This document shows positions 23,230 to 47,128 of a stretch of DNA of 64,000 bases, one piece after another. Each line of letters starts with the position of its first letter. The first letter of the stretch is position 1. Where the stretch lies: positions 11,436,468-11,500,467 of the forward strand of contig CAVNZM010000004.1 in the NCBI GenBank assembly GCA_963693365.1, written 5' to 3'. The translations under genes and the position numbers were made by a program. The notes under the pieces were generated by a model. That model was not told the origin of the DNA and did no database searches. It was given only the letters and a program-made list of their open reading frames with translations. This DNA is from Amoebidium appalachense. Lineage: Eukaryota > Protista > Ichthyosporea.

Positions 23230-24046
23230 GTTTGCGGTTTTTTTGCCAATGAAAGTGGAAGAAGGAGTGGTGCTTTTTTTTGTTCAAGTTCTGAAAGCAG
23301 TGTTCAGGATGGGCTGCTGGCTGACAGTGACATGATGCGGTTTTCAGCTATGTTCACTCCACCCAAACTTAGCAAACTAGATGTCGGTGATTTTGACAGG
23401 TGTGATATTTAGCAAATGATATTGTTCATCGATCCTTACCCAACTCAGAAATGGGTTTTCTGTGAACGTGCAACTTCTGAGAATGTCAGCTATTTTCTAA
23501 AAAACGAATACATAACTACTTATACCTCTACCTCTATCTATAATTATTTTACTATGTTCTGTAAGTGATTTTTTCAAGAGTTGAATTATTCATCCCGGAT
23601 TGTGATGAAGCTTTTGACCAACCGCATCGGCATACCTTTAAGATTGTTTTGGCGGCCTCTTCAACATCATGATTGGATACAAGAGAAGCAGCTCAAACAC
23701 AATTGGCTAGCTTTAGTGCCTGTGACCGTTAGAAATAGGCTAAAAAGGTAAAAAATGGCTGAGCCACGACATTGGACGGATCGGTCCAAGAAGGCCTACA
23801 GGCCTTGAGGAGCTGCCTGAGCTCTAGGTGTAGTGAAGAGCTGAGCCAATTGTGGCACGGAGATCCCGAAGGACAGCGCCGCGAGTTAACTGCCGAGGCG
23901 GTCTTCATGCGTAGGTGACGGAGCAGAGCAGCAGATTGGTGACAAAGGGATGAGCACAGTCGTGTAGATTCTGCATGGAGTTGTTTAATTTCTTGATGCG
24001 TTCGGTGCAAAAAGAGATCTGATCCGAGGTCTTATGGACTGTGCCA

Positions 24047-24263
24047 CCAAACGTGTCTCCATACCCAATATCCGCAGGTATAAGCGCCGCTACTGAGGTA
24101 CTGCAGTAGGCAAGTGAGGTTCAGCTCAATAACATATATGCTAGCTCAAGAGACCCAACGTTTGGTCTCCATACCCAATATCCGCAGTATGAGCGCCGCT
24201 ATGAGGTACTGCAGTAGGCAAGTAAGGTTCAGCTCAATAACATATATGCTAGCTCAAGAGACC
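24047..24263. repeat. Tandem duplication of an approximately 108-bp unit
   Basis: GTCTCCATACCCAATATCCGCAG...TAGCTCAAGAGACC occurs twice with few differences. Confidence 0.92.
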
Positions 24264-25095
24264 ATCTGCAACCTATGCTCACTACATAATCTCAACGAGA
24301 AGAGTCTTTTAAGATATGATACTACTTCGCATTAGTAGAACTGTCCAGGCCTGGCATACATATACGCAGGTGAGGACAGTATGCAGGTCCAGAATGTTCT
24401 TTTGAGTGTTTTAGTAAGTGCCAAACGCTTGAACATCTCTTGGCCTATGCATGCCACCACCCGCAACCCTAATGTTTTTGCAGAGTATAAACATGTGCAC
24501 TAACTAATGGGTGGAGACGATTACTGAGGGCAAGCCTCTGCCTTCCGCAACACTCAGTTGAATTGATATGTGAGACGTATGCTTCCGTGCCAGTGCTGAA
24601 TGTAGAATGAACCATCCTGCGTGCACGTCAGGTTTAGGAAAAAAATCACTTGCGGGATTGAGTGTATCGATGTTTTGCCGACCATGTTGTTTGATTTATA
24701 TGTGTTTTCGGTTCTTGGGCTCTGTTCCCTAGGTTATATGTCAGCTCAGTGACTTGGTGTGCGGTAAATGCACATGTACCAGCTGGGAAAAGTGTGCCCC
24801 GTTAGACTTTATATTTGGGAAAGGAAACCCCTCATGTACAAAAGTATATCGAATAAAGTGAACAGTGCACAATGTATCACTATTTATGTGAGTCGAAAGT
24901 GTGAAGACTATTTTCTTCGGCTTGCTGCACCCAAAGCAAGTGGTGCCTCGCTCACATGTACAGGTCGTGCACAGGGAACACGCTCGGAAAACAAGCCGTG
25001 AGAAGAAGGCTGTGGAATTTTCGGTTGAAAAATGGGTGCGCGTTTGACCAATTAGGAAAGTGAGCTCATGCGCCGTGTAATATTTGGCTAATCTT

Positions 25096-25114
25096 CCAAT
25101 TCCTGGGTATAAAA
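25096..25114 (+). promoter_or_regulatory. CCAAT and TATA-like boxes upstream of the OsmC-family gene
   Basis: CCAAT at 25096-25100 and TATAAAA at 25108-25114, about 140 nt upstream of the ATG at 25249. Confidence 0.45.
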
Positions 25115-25248
25115 CGGTCGTTTGGTCATTTCAGCGTTGGCATTTTTTTGGAGTTGAAATAGATGAGTGAAAAACATTGTCGTTTCTGACTTACTAAACT
25201 CAAGCTTGAAAGACAAAAGAAAAAAGCAGTTATTTTTGTGCGTTCACC

Positions 25249-27638
25249 ATGGCTCTCTCTTCAGTTGCACCGACCCTGCTTACGGCAAGCCTTCGGACTG
25301 CCCTCCCTGCAATTGCACTTCGAGTGAGTTCCCTCGATGGCTGTTGAAGTGTCCACCACCAAACCCTTTTTCGTTTATAATGCACAGTTACAGCTTGCCG
25401 ATGAATGGATTGTATTAGGCAATCTGTGGGAAGAGATCAACTGTGGATGAATTTAAAGTCACTGGTGAAGGAGGTAGGGTAGGTAACGGGCTGTCTGGTG
25501 GTGTAGGCGTGTGTGTGTCAGAGAGGGAGAGAGAGAGAGGGGGGGGGGGGGGGGGGGTAGAATGACTGTTATTAATGAAGTTTGACATGGTGGGGGGGGG
25601 GGGGGGTAGATTGACTGTTATTAATGAAGTTTGACATGGTGAGGATCAATTGTGAAGCCCTGAAAGCGGGACGGGGAGGGATGTGTGGGGAAGAAAGGTT
25701 AGAAAGGATTTATGAGGGAAAGGGCTCCAAGCTGGTGCACTCGAGGCTGTGGGTCTGCAAGGCTTGACATGATGTATGCTACTTGGTTTGAAGCTAGAAC
25801 CATGTAGATATAAGTAGCAGGCAGTCGTATAGCTGTAAGCGTGTTAGTAACGTGGAGAACTTATTGGCCCTTTCGTTGGAGAGGAAAAAGAATACCCGGA
25901 TACATTAACGCGTTGTGCCACCGGTAGTTATGGTGGTGGTGTCGTGTGTGTGTGTGTGGTGGAGGGGGGGAGGGGGAGGGGGGAAGGAGAGGAGGGAGAT
26001 GGAAGGAACGGAAGAAGAGTTGCTGCCTTTTTCTTCTTTCTGTTAGTCAATGCTGGAAAGGTGTGTGTGCGTGTGAGGGGGGAGGGGGGGGGGGGGGTGG
26101 GGATGTTGAATGAGAAGAACGAACTTCCCGTGCGCAGAACAGGTCACTTGTTTATTGCTTGCTGCCTAGTGCGACAGTGGGCACTAACGGAAGGGTATCA
26201 CCCCTTCTGGGCAGCTCTATGCCACACAGGCACCCAAGCTGAAGGTTGTGTCGGTGGTTGGTGAGGCATCTGGCCAGAAGACAACGACAGTGAATGGTGA
26301 AGGCCTGAAGGTGTGTTAGCAAAGTTCTCATTATAATCGTGCAATGTCCAATGTGTGCTTTCATCTATTTCACCTGAATGGCGCTGCTCCATCCCTCCCC
26401 CCTCCCCCCCCCCAAATTCCTTCCTTCTCCTCTGACCTGTGACCCCCCCCCCCCCCCCCCCCTACCCCTCTGGCTTCCTGCCCCTCCCTCCGCCCCCCCC
26501 CCCCCTCTTCCCCCCCTCGACGTTCCAGGTTCTGCTTATTATGCATACTCTTTATGTGTGTGCTTCTCACTCTGTATTGTGTTGTCCGTCCTACATGTGA
26601 TGTGTACTTCCTACTCTACGACACATTCTCCCCCCCCCCCCCCCCCCCCCCCCCCGGCCAGTGCTCTCTATCCCTCCCGGATTGCTTGTTAGGCTAACAA
26701 CTGAACGAGCTTCATGTTTCACACAACTCACTGCTGTGTGTGCAGGTGACGTTTGATGAGCCCAAGAGGATTGGTGGGTCGGGCCTGGGCCAGACACCAC
26801 TGGAGGGCCTCCTATCGGCTCTAGCCGGTTGTGAGGTGGGCCTATTCCACAGCCTGATTTTCATTCTTTTACATATTTTAAGGGATGGGTGACTGTGACA
26901 AGAAGGAGGTGATAAAGGGAGAAGTAATGGGTGAGCTGAGGGGTCGGGTGGTGGTGGTGGAGGGATGGGGAGGGAGGGAGTGGGGTTTAAGGGTGGGAAG
27001 GGTGGTCTATATTGCTCAATGTGGAGTATACGGAATTAAACACACGAGACAACACTAGCAGTGGGTGGCTTGAGCTCCGAGTGTTGGCGATGACGGGGAA
27101 TGTTTTTGTGGTTGTGGGAGAGGGGAGGGGGCGGGGGAGGGGGAGGGTGGGGGGGGATCAGGCGGCAGGGGACACGGAAATCAGATTGAAGAGGAGTGGG
27201 TGGTCCACACGCTGTTGTGTCCAGGAAGGAGCCAACAGTTATATTCATGTGTTCTGGCATGTTTTTTTCACCACCAGACGGCCACGTTCATGAGCATGGT
27301 CCAGAGACAGAAGCTGGAGGTCTCTAAGATCGAGTACAAGCTGGATGCTGAGTGGGGTGCGTGCCCTGTGTGTGTGCATATACGTGCTTGGGGAGGGGAT
27401 GGGGGGAGGGGGAGGGGGAAGAAGAGGGAGGTGTGTGTGGGGTGTTGGTGGAGGTTGTGGTGGGAGGGGGAGGGGGGATAAGCTGGGTGGATGGATGGAT
27501 GGGTGGGGACACGAGCGAAGGGGCACACGTATCTCTGCTTCGTATCTTTTGGCAGCTCGTGTGGATTTTGCGTAAGGAAGGAGGGGTAGATTTGGGAATG
27601 TGAGGTACCCCTCGTGTATCAGTGTGTGTGCGCGCCAC

Positions 27639-27694
<56 letters not shown>

Positions 27695-27903
27695 GATATG
27701 GTGGGGAGGGGGTTTTTTGTGTGATTTTGGGTAGGTTGGAGAAAGTTCAATGGTAGTTTTCCCCACTTCATTACTTGCTTGCAAAGAGCCCAACACGACA
27801 CTTACCTTATCGGGAGATGGGTGTTGGCAGATGTTTGTGATTGCCTTCGGTGGTGATGGTCGATACGTAGAGAGGACGGGGAGCTGTTTTTCTTTTTTTT
27901 TTT

Positions 27904-27934
<31 letters not shown>

Positions 27935-28654
27935 GGGGGAGGATGAGCGGGATAAACAGGTGGATTATTAGGATAGGTATTATTTCTCTTTCCATTTCTT
28001 TCTTTCTTTTTTTCTTTTTTTTTTTTTCTTCCCTGGGGGGGGGAGGGGGAGTGTGTGTTCCGTGGAAAAAAAGAGATGTGTGTTTAACTCTCTCCCTCCC
28101 CCTCCTTCACAGATCCCCGTGGGTTCATTGGTGTGGACGGGGTATATCCTGGGTTCCAGAAGACCACTGTGGATGTGAAGGTGCACACAACCATGGATGA
28201 TGCAAAGCTGCAGGAGTTGGCAAAGGAGGTGTGTGGGTGGGTGGGGTATATGGGTAGTGGGGGGGGGGGGGGGAAGGTAAGGGTGGTCCTGGAAGGTAGT
28301 GGGCTCAGTGGTTTGAGGTCACCTTAAACGATATGGAGTGTTGTGAACAGTTAGTTGGCTTGGTGCTCAGTCGACTGCCGAACACGGGGAGAAGGGGGTG
28401 GGGGGGGGGAGGAGGAGGAGGAGGGAGGGGAGACGTTGGGGGGGGGGGGGGGGGGGGAAGGGGGGAGGGGATTTAGTAAGAAAGGTTGGGGGAAAGGGGG
28501 GAAGGTTAGTAAGAGAGCTGGTGAGGTCTGGTGATTCCATAGAGCAATGCTCACCACACGGGTTGTTGTTCCGCAGGTTTCCAAGCGCTGTCCTGTGGCC
28601 AGAATGTTCGAGAAGAGCGGATGTGAGCTCAAACAGACATGGACCAAGGCATAG
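25249..28654 (+). CDS. OsmC/Ohr-family Cys-based peroxidase with predicted mitochondrial targeting peptide, about 177 aa, 6 exons
   Basis: Exons 25249-25323, 26215-26310 (branch point CACTAAC at 26182), 26746-26835, 27278-27356, 28113-28228 and 28577-28654. Motifs DEPKRIGGSGLGQTPLEGLLSALAGCE, DPRGF and VSKRCPV contain both catalytic Cys. The N-terminus is acid-free, Ser/Thr/Ala/Arg-rich and ends in R-L-Y-A. Confidence 0.88.
25556..25641. repeat. Short direct duplication separated by a G-run
   Basis: GGTAGA(A/T)TGACTGTTATTAATGAAGTTTGACATGGTG occurs twice. Confidence 0.88.
26530..26628 (+). repeat. Diverged 5'-truncated copy of the same repeat (OsmC intron 2)
   Basis: TCTGCTTATTATGCATACTCTTTATGT matches the 7460-7710 copy exactly. 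It continues GTGTACTTCCTAC...GACACATTC+Cn. Confidence 0.7.
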
Positions 28655-30118
28655 AGGGTGTGAAGGAGTACATAGTGTAGTTTTTGAACACACACACAGA
28701 GAGAGAAGAGACACACACACATACACACCCACACACATCCACACCTCATCTTGCTTTAGTTCTAGTATGAAATGGTTCCGTATGAGGTTGGCAGAAGACA
28801 TCAGAAACGTACTGTAGCTGCTATTGACCTTGTCATAAATTCCCACGCAATCCCTTCTAGCTTAGCAGCCTTCTTTTGGGTTTTTGGTTTGTGATATTGA
28901 TTGCAGGCACATTCTCTGCATTCCTGTACTCAGTAATCAAATAAAATCCACGCCGTTAATATCCACGTTCATGTCAACATAAACTCCAACCAGCCATTTT
29001 GGCCCCCGGGTCAAGGAGGACCCCGGGGGGGGGGGGGGGGGGGGGGGACGGCCAGGTGGAGAAGTGAAGAGAACGGGAGAAGTTGCTAGAGAGGGATTGG
29101 AGGGCCGCAGGGGGGGGGTAGGTGAAGGGCTAATGCCTGACCGGGGTGCTGCTCATGAATTATATTGGTTTGGGACGGTTGGGTGTCGCCCCCGGGGGGG
29201 GGGGGGGGTTAGGGGGGGAAAGATAAGAGAAAGATGCTCGAGCTATGTATTTAGTCGGTGACTGTTGGTTAATGGTAGATAATGTGTGTGTGTGTGTGCG
29301 TGCGTGTGTGTGGTGGTGGTGGTAGTGGGAAAGGAATGGGGGGAGGGGGGTTATGTGTGACTTCTGTGGGCTGGTGCGGTTTTCGCTGTTCCATTCCCAT
29401 GATGATAAGTGCAGTCTAGCACTAACAGATCCCTTCCTATTTGCACGGCAAATAACTATGTACAAGTGCATGAATCATCTCTCTCTTTTGCTGGGCCTTA
29501 CTGTAGTAGATGAAGCTTGGGCAGTGTTCCAAAACAAAACAAATTCAACAGACACTACCTTTCATATAAATTCAGCTTTTTCCGCACTCAAAACTCTAAG
29601 TAAAAGAGTTGCATTCATAGTGAAAAAATCACAGGATGCAGGTCACTAAACCTGATTCATAAATGCTAAGGGAATCCGTTTTGGCCTGACAGTCTCTATA
29701 TGCCATTCGATACATTCACTATACCGTTCTATGCATCGGCGCTATTTAGTACAAGAATCATAATAGAACACACATGGTGAAACTCGCTATTATCAAATCC
29801 ACAAGATAGAACCGTTTGAGAAAAGGGAAATTAATGATGAGCCCATCTAGAGTTCCGTGCGCACACATAAAGTGGTATATGGTGTGCGCATGCGCATTTG
29901 TGTGTGTGTGTGGGTGTGGGTGTGGGTGGGTGGGTATCTTTGTGTGTCTGTGTGTGTGTGCCTGTGTGTCTGTGTGTGCGCATGTAGAAGTGTGATTGCG
30001 CCAGTGTGTGGGTGTGTGTGAGTGCATGGATGTGGGTGGGGGGGGTTGGTGTATAGCAAAAAATTATGACTCGGGAAGAGGGATATTGCCGCTACACGCT
30101 GTAGCTATATCCTCTTTT

Positions 30119-30169
30119 TCACATGGGCAAAGGTTGCTCCGGCTCCAGAACCTCCCCAACACTGCTTTT

Positions 30170-30266
<97 letters not shown>

Positions 30267-32105
30267 ACATGTACATGTACATGTGTTTGTATACCACTGG
30301 TGTTATGCTCATACATGCCTGCACGTATGGACGTGCATGTTGCAGCAGCTATTAGGTTGTGTTGGTACAGGCACGCTGGGAAGGGGGGGGGGAGGGGGGG
30401 GGGGAGGGAGAGAGAGAGGGAGGGAGAGAGAGAGAGGGGGGAGGAGGGGGAGAGGGGGAGGGAGGAGGGGTAATGCTGTTAGAGGACAGACGTAGAAACA
30501 ATAACGGTGGTTCACTTCATGCCTTTAGTCCAAGCCCGTAGGCATGCAAGTGGTGGCATCAGGCGAATGGGTGTTTAATTTAATTTGAAAATACATTTGA
30601 ACCAGTAGATTTCGAAACAAAAGTCATGGCTTTGACCCCCCCCCCCCCCCCTCCCCCCCCTCCCCTCCCCCCCCCCCTCCTCTCCCCCCTCCCCTCTTCC
30701 TCCTCGGGGAGGGCCCCATCCTCCCTCCCTTCCCCTCCACTCCCTAACGAGCTTATCCGAAAGTAAGAGGAATAAAAGAGTTACGGAAGAGCATAGGGCG
30801 GTGAAGGGGGGGGGGGGGGGGGGAGGAGGGGGGGGGGGGGGGAGTGTTTTGGTGCCCGTGCCAGACGGTGTGTGTGTGGGTGTGGTATTATTAGAGTGTT
30901 GTCTGCACACACACAAGTGGCAGACAGGTCAACAGAGGATGACAGGGTGTGTACTAGGGCTATTTGCTTGTGGGATTGCATGCTTTGTGTTTGGCGGGGG
31001 GAGGGGGGGGGGAGAGAGAGGGGGGAGGGGGTGGGGGGGGGGGGGGGGGGGGGGAGGGGAAAAAATAGAGAACCATTTACACAGCTGGCAGGTGAGGGGG
31101 AGGGTGGAGGGGAGGGGGGACGGTGACTGGGGGGAGGGGGGAAGGGGGGAGGGGGGGGGGGGGGGGAGAGAGAGAGAGAGAGAGATAAATAAACAAACCA
31201 TTTACGCAGGAACAAGGGGGAGGGGGGGGGGGCGGAATGATGGCTGGGAGGAGAGGAGGGGATGGGGGGGGGGGGGGCGGGTGGAACAAAGGAGAGACAA
31301 ACCATTTACTCAGGAACCAAGGGGGGGGGGGGGGGGAGGCAAAGGGAGGCAGGGAGGAGAGGAAAGGGGTGGAGGGCCACTGTTGGGGTGGGTGGGTGCG
31401 CGGGGGGGGGGGGGGGGGGGGGGGGGGGTGGGAAAGAAAACAGAGGAGAGACAAACCATTTACGCAGGAACACATTCTCCTGCTCTAGCAGCTCTCTCTG
31501 CTTGCGGATGGATGCGTGCCTCTCCTGCAGACTCTTGATGTACTCAATGGCTGTGGTGTTTGATTGGGTCAGTGCAATGTGTAGGTTTTTGTCTATTGTT
31601 CAACGTTTTTTCCCCTCTCCAGCTCAAGGTGTAATAGTAGAAAGGGCAAAATACATGGTGGGTGTGTGAGTATGTTGCGCATAAGCTATGAGCCGTCTTT
31701 TTTTTTGGGGGGGGGGGGGGGGGGGGGGGGAGGGGGGGGGGGGGGGAAGGGGGGGTTAAAGAACTTCAAGGCAGCCTGCGGAGGAAAGCTCTAGGCCAAA
31801 GGAAGGGGAATACTTGGAGGGTCAGGGTTGTAGTGAAATTAGGATTGATCGGGGCGGAAGTTGGGCGAACGCCGGGGGGGGGGGGGGGGGGGGAGGGGGG
31901 GGGAGGGGAGCACATACTCTGTCTGATGGTGCTGGCCTTTGTGCAGAATCCGCCCTTCTCCTTGCCCTCTCCCTCCGACTCCTGGGCAGGCACAATCTTC
32001 TTCAGATCAGTCAGGCCACTCTTGAGGGCGTCTCGTCGTTTTTGTTCGGCCAGACGGTTCATACGACGTCGCTCTTTGACTGATTGGTGGAAGGAGGCAA
32101 CGTCC
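30119..32105 (-). CDS. MLX: MLX/Mondo-like bHLH-leucine zipper transcription factor (5' exon(s) unresolved, candidates at about 33395-33440 and 34355-34485)
   Basis: Exon 32105-31918 encodes KERRRMNRLAEQKRRDALKSGLTDLKKIVP...TKASTIRQ, and exon 31550-31457 encodes TIEYIKSLQERHASIRKQRELLEQENVFLRK. These match MLX AEQKRRDAIKRGYDDLQTIVP...TIDYIQFL. The probable last exon, 30164/30161-30119, has a NAGNAG acceptor and is less certain. Confidence 0.75.
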
Positions 32106-32861
32106 CTGGGTGATATGTGTTAAGTTGTGTTGGGTGTTTGAACTGTGAGTTTGGCAGCACCACTCAAGGTTTGTGTGTGTGGTCACACATGGGAGGAAAG
32201 CGTGGTGAATACTCAGTAAGGAAGTACAGCAAAGGCAGTGCGCTTTGTGGGTGATAATTTTGGAACTGCACATGTGATCGTGTATCTTGATATTTGAAGA
32301 TTGTTTGCATGTGCCTGTGTATCTTGTCAATGAAGAGTGTGTGCATGCGCGGGGCCATTTCTCGAGGGGGTATATTGTTTTCTTGAGGGAGGGAAAGGCG
32401 ATACCTATAGGCAAGGCAAGCTCAGGGAGAGCAAGGAGACGGAGCGTGCACGAGATTGGTGATCCTGAATGGTGCAAATGTGTAGATACATTCATATTTG
32501 AATAGAGCTCGAGGGAAGGAAGACGAGGGGAATGAGCTGAAGTATCCCATATGATTGAGATATCAAAAGCCACATTGGTAGGGGATGTCAAGGGGTCTGT
32601 TCTGTGCGGGTGTGGATTGGTGGGTGTTCTTTGTTTTCTTTTTTTTTTTTTGGCGCAGGGGGGGGGGGGGGGGGGGGAGTGGGGAGAAAGGGAGGGAGGA
32701 GAAATATGGCCACATGGGGTGGTGGTGAGGGTGGTGAGGGTGGTGGGGGACTATTGTGTAGTGTGAGTTAGAGCAATGCAGGTGGTAGGAGGGGGATTTT
32801 TTCTCGTTATCTCGATTTGAGGGTGGTGGTGGTGGTGGTGGTGGTGGTGGTGGTGGTGGTG

Positions 32862-32917
<56 letters not shown>

Positions 32918-35226
32918 GGTGAACACGACGGACGGAGGATGAACTACCAAAAAGCATAAGGAGAAGAAAAAAAATGGAAGGGAAGAGGCTAGAGGAAGGC
33001 AAATGCGAGGGGACGGACAAGATTTAGAGGGAGGCAGGAGACGAGTGGAGGGTTGTTAATGTGCCTTAAACATGCCAATGAATGGCGAGGGGAGGGGACT
33101 CGGGAGGCTGAGAGGAATAACTTTAACTGAAGGCAGAACTCGTGACGAGAAAGCTTAATCATGGCAAAAAAAAAGAGGAGGGAGAGGGCGGGGGGGAATG
33201 GGGGGGAAGGGGGGGGGGGGAGGGGGGGGGGAATAGGCCAGAGGGTGGGGGATGCGAGAGAGAGAGAGAGAGAGAGAGTGTGTGTGTATGGTGTGTGTGT
33301 GGGGGGGGAGGGGGAGGGGGAGGGGGATCGGAGAAAGTGCCGCGGGGGGGGGGGGGGGGGGGGGGGGGGAGAGAGAGAGAGGAAGGCATTACTTTTGTGG
33401 TAGCCTGAATGATCGCAGTGGAGATGTGCATGCGGTCATGGGGTCAGACCACGGGGTGTCCTTATACTGCTCATACATCGGCGTGATGGCTGTTGGTGCA
33501 AGAGTGTGATGGTTAATGATTATGTTAGTTCACCGTGTGGTGCATTATTTCAACTAACGTTCACATGGAGGCTTAAACTTACGGTCCAAAGGAGTCGAAA
33601 ACATTTGCAAGGTGACCACCAAAGGGTGGTTGAGATTATCAGAGTGGTGAATGTGAGCGTTTTGATTGTCCGCAGTTAAATACATATGCCCAACTAAGTG
33701 ACATGATTGTGTGTGTGCCTTCCGTTGTAACGATTTTTAGTGTTGTTGTGGTTGTGAGAGGAGCAAGGGGGTGGCCCAGGAATATTTTTCCATTGAAGAG
33801 ATTGTACACTGCACTATGCGTGAGGTGCGCTTGCACTATACACGCTCATTGAGAATGCATCAATGTGTGTGCATTTGGTGCGGCCACGTGCAGATAGACC
33901 TAGTCGATGAATTGAGAGTATACCAAAGAAGACGTGAAAAACTCAAATTATAAACACGCAACAACCTCATTTACCCCTACTTCACGTGATGACGGGCACC
34001 TATCTTTTGAACGAAAAACGAGAAAGGTTGTTGTGTGTTTGTGGCAGCATGGCCCGCTCCCCTCTATCCCCGCTCTTTCAAATCCCCTCCCCCAACCTCC
34101 CCACAACGTCCCCCCTCCCCCCCCCCCCCCCCTCCTACCACACCTCCTTCCATCCCCCCTCCCCCCTTAAAAAAATAAAATCATGACATGAGTTCAATCT
34201 CCCCCCCCCCACCCCCCCACCCACTCGCCCACCCATGGCCACTCGCCCACTTTACCCACCTCACCCACCCCCACCAAAGAAAATAGTTAAAATTTCAGAA
34301 AAAAAGAAAAAAAAACAAGGTTTCCCCCCGTTATTAATATAGGAGAGTGCATACGTAGTCCCATGGGTGCAGGCAGGAGCATCTGGCCGGTGTTTGTCAC
34401 GCCTGGAAGCAGAAGACGGTCGTCCCTGCACGCCAGAATGAATGGCTGGCACATCATCATGTCCGTGGCCGTATCCATGTTCATGTTCTCTGCCAAGACC
34501 ACGCCGTGCGTGCACATACACGTGTATTGCCCTTAATTTAACCTGTTTTAGGTGATGATTTACCGGTATAAAATGTACAAGGTGGAGTGCCAGAGAGGCG
34601 GTACCGTGGGGCAAAATTACAACAGAATGGCATTGATCGTGTTACTCTATGTGACACAAAACTAACGTGCACATGGAGGCTTAGTAAACGGTCTGAAGGG
34701 GGATGAAAAAAGCTTGCAAATCGACTAATGAAACGTTGGTGTTAATCAAGTGGCGGTTGCCTGCGTCTCTTACCTAACTATGATGCTGTACAATTTCCGT
34801 GAAGGCACATGCATCTTACGTCTATGTTTACAGGCTTGCGTGCCCTTATTACAGCACAACCAACACAAAAACAAAAACAAAACTCCCTCCCTGGCATGTG
34901 CCTCTCCTCTTTCGTTCTAGAATTCTCAGCCAGCACCACATGCACCTGGTCTTGTTCATGCGGTTGTGGGGGGGGGGAGGAGGACCAACAAAGTGAGCAG
35001 GCTGAACGTGTTTGGCTTCCTGCCAAGTTCCCGGACATGCCTTTTTGGGTAGCGGTAATAGTATTGCGTGATTGCAGACAAATGAAAAAGCTGGGTTGTG
35101 AACAGATAGCCTACCTGTAAATTACAACATCCTTGATTTTATACTAAACACACGTAACTACGACCTGTTTATTAGATGTATTGATTGGCTTGAGAAACAC
35201 ATCACTACAAAATTCTAAGCGCACGC

Positions 35227-35294
<68 letters not shown>

Positions 35295-35324
35295 CCAGCT
35301 GATACCGAGTGTCCCAGGGGAGCC

Positions 35325-35366
<42 letters not shown>

Positions 35367-36319
35367 GGGGAACCCCAACTAATTGATTTCTCTTAGTCTT
35401 TATGGTGTCTCGTAGAGAAAGTAAACCCTGATATATAGTCATCACCCGACATCTATGTACGTGATCATGATATACCGCTGAGGGGATATTCCGAGCAAAA
35501 ACCCCCCATACCTGAGACTGGTCTCTCTTTAAAACCTCGAGTAAACAACGTAAGCCCGTCACCGTATAGCCTCTATAACTTGGATTTGAATATCCTACCG
35601 ACTAAACCTTTTTGCACTGTTCAGATAGCGCCTACAATAAATGAAGCACAAAAGACTTAAAAGAAAAAACCCCCAGAGGCGTATCCAAATTATGTAAAGC
35701 TTTATTCTGGACCATCAATCTCTCACCCTGCAGGCTGCAATACTTCACACACTAATCAAAATAGGGTGCTGTCAAAAGAATGTTGCCTCGTCAAGAGAAC
35801 AACAATTGGTGGGTTGTAGAACCCAATCAATGGAGTAAGCTTACAACTAGGAAACACACCAAAAGCGTTGAACTTACAACGCGAAAGGAAAGTGGTGGAA
35901 GTCATTAAAATTGTATTTTTGCAACACCCTCACAATTTATTGAAACCCGACACAGCAAAACTTGCATCGGCAGCTGTCAGAAATAGCGCGTGACCATTGG
36001 CTGTTAATTATGATTGGTGGTTTCATAATTTGGGCGGGAATGAAGTTGAACAGGGTTCTGGACACCTGAACAGCTGAAAGTAAAACGATGTGGTGCCACA
36101 GTGATTATGTACAACTGACCAGCAAGAACAAAAACAGCCTTACAGCCTATAGCTAAAAACACAAATGCCTTAGGCTCCAAGGCGAGCTAATGCGGTGCGG
36201 TCTTGAAAAGGCTTCTTATTTTTTTCTTTTTAACCCCTCGGTAGCATGTGCACCACGCAGACACACACACACACACAAAAAGAAATTGCATGTAAGAATA
36301 GTAGAAAGCAGATTTCAAA

Positions 36320-47128
<10,809 letters not shown>

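Noticed and set aside
25419-25473. Extra OsmC exon (AG...GT-bounded)
   Set aside because: Its 55 nt would shift the frame. Exon 1 joins exon 2 cleanly without it.
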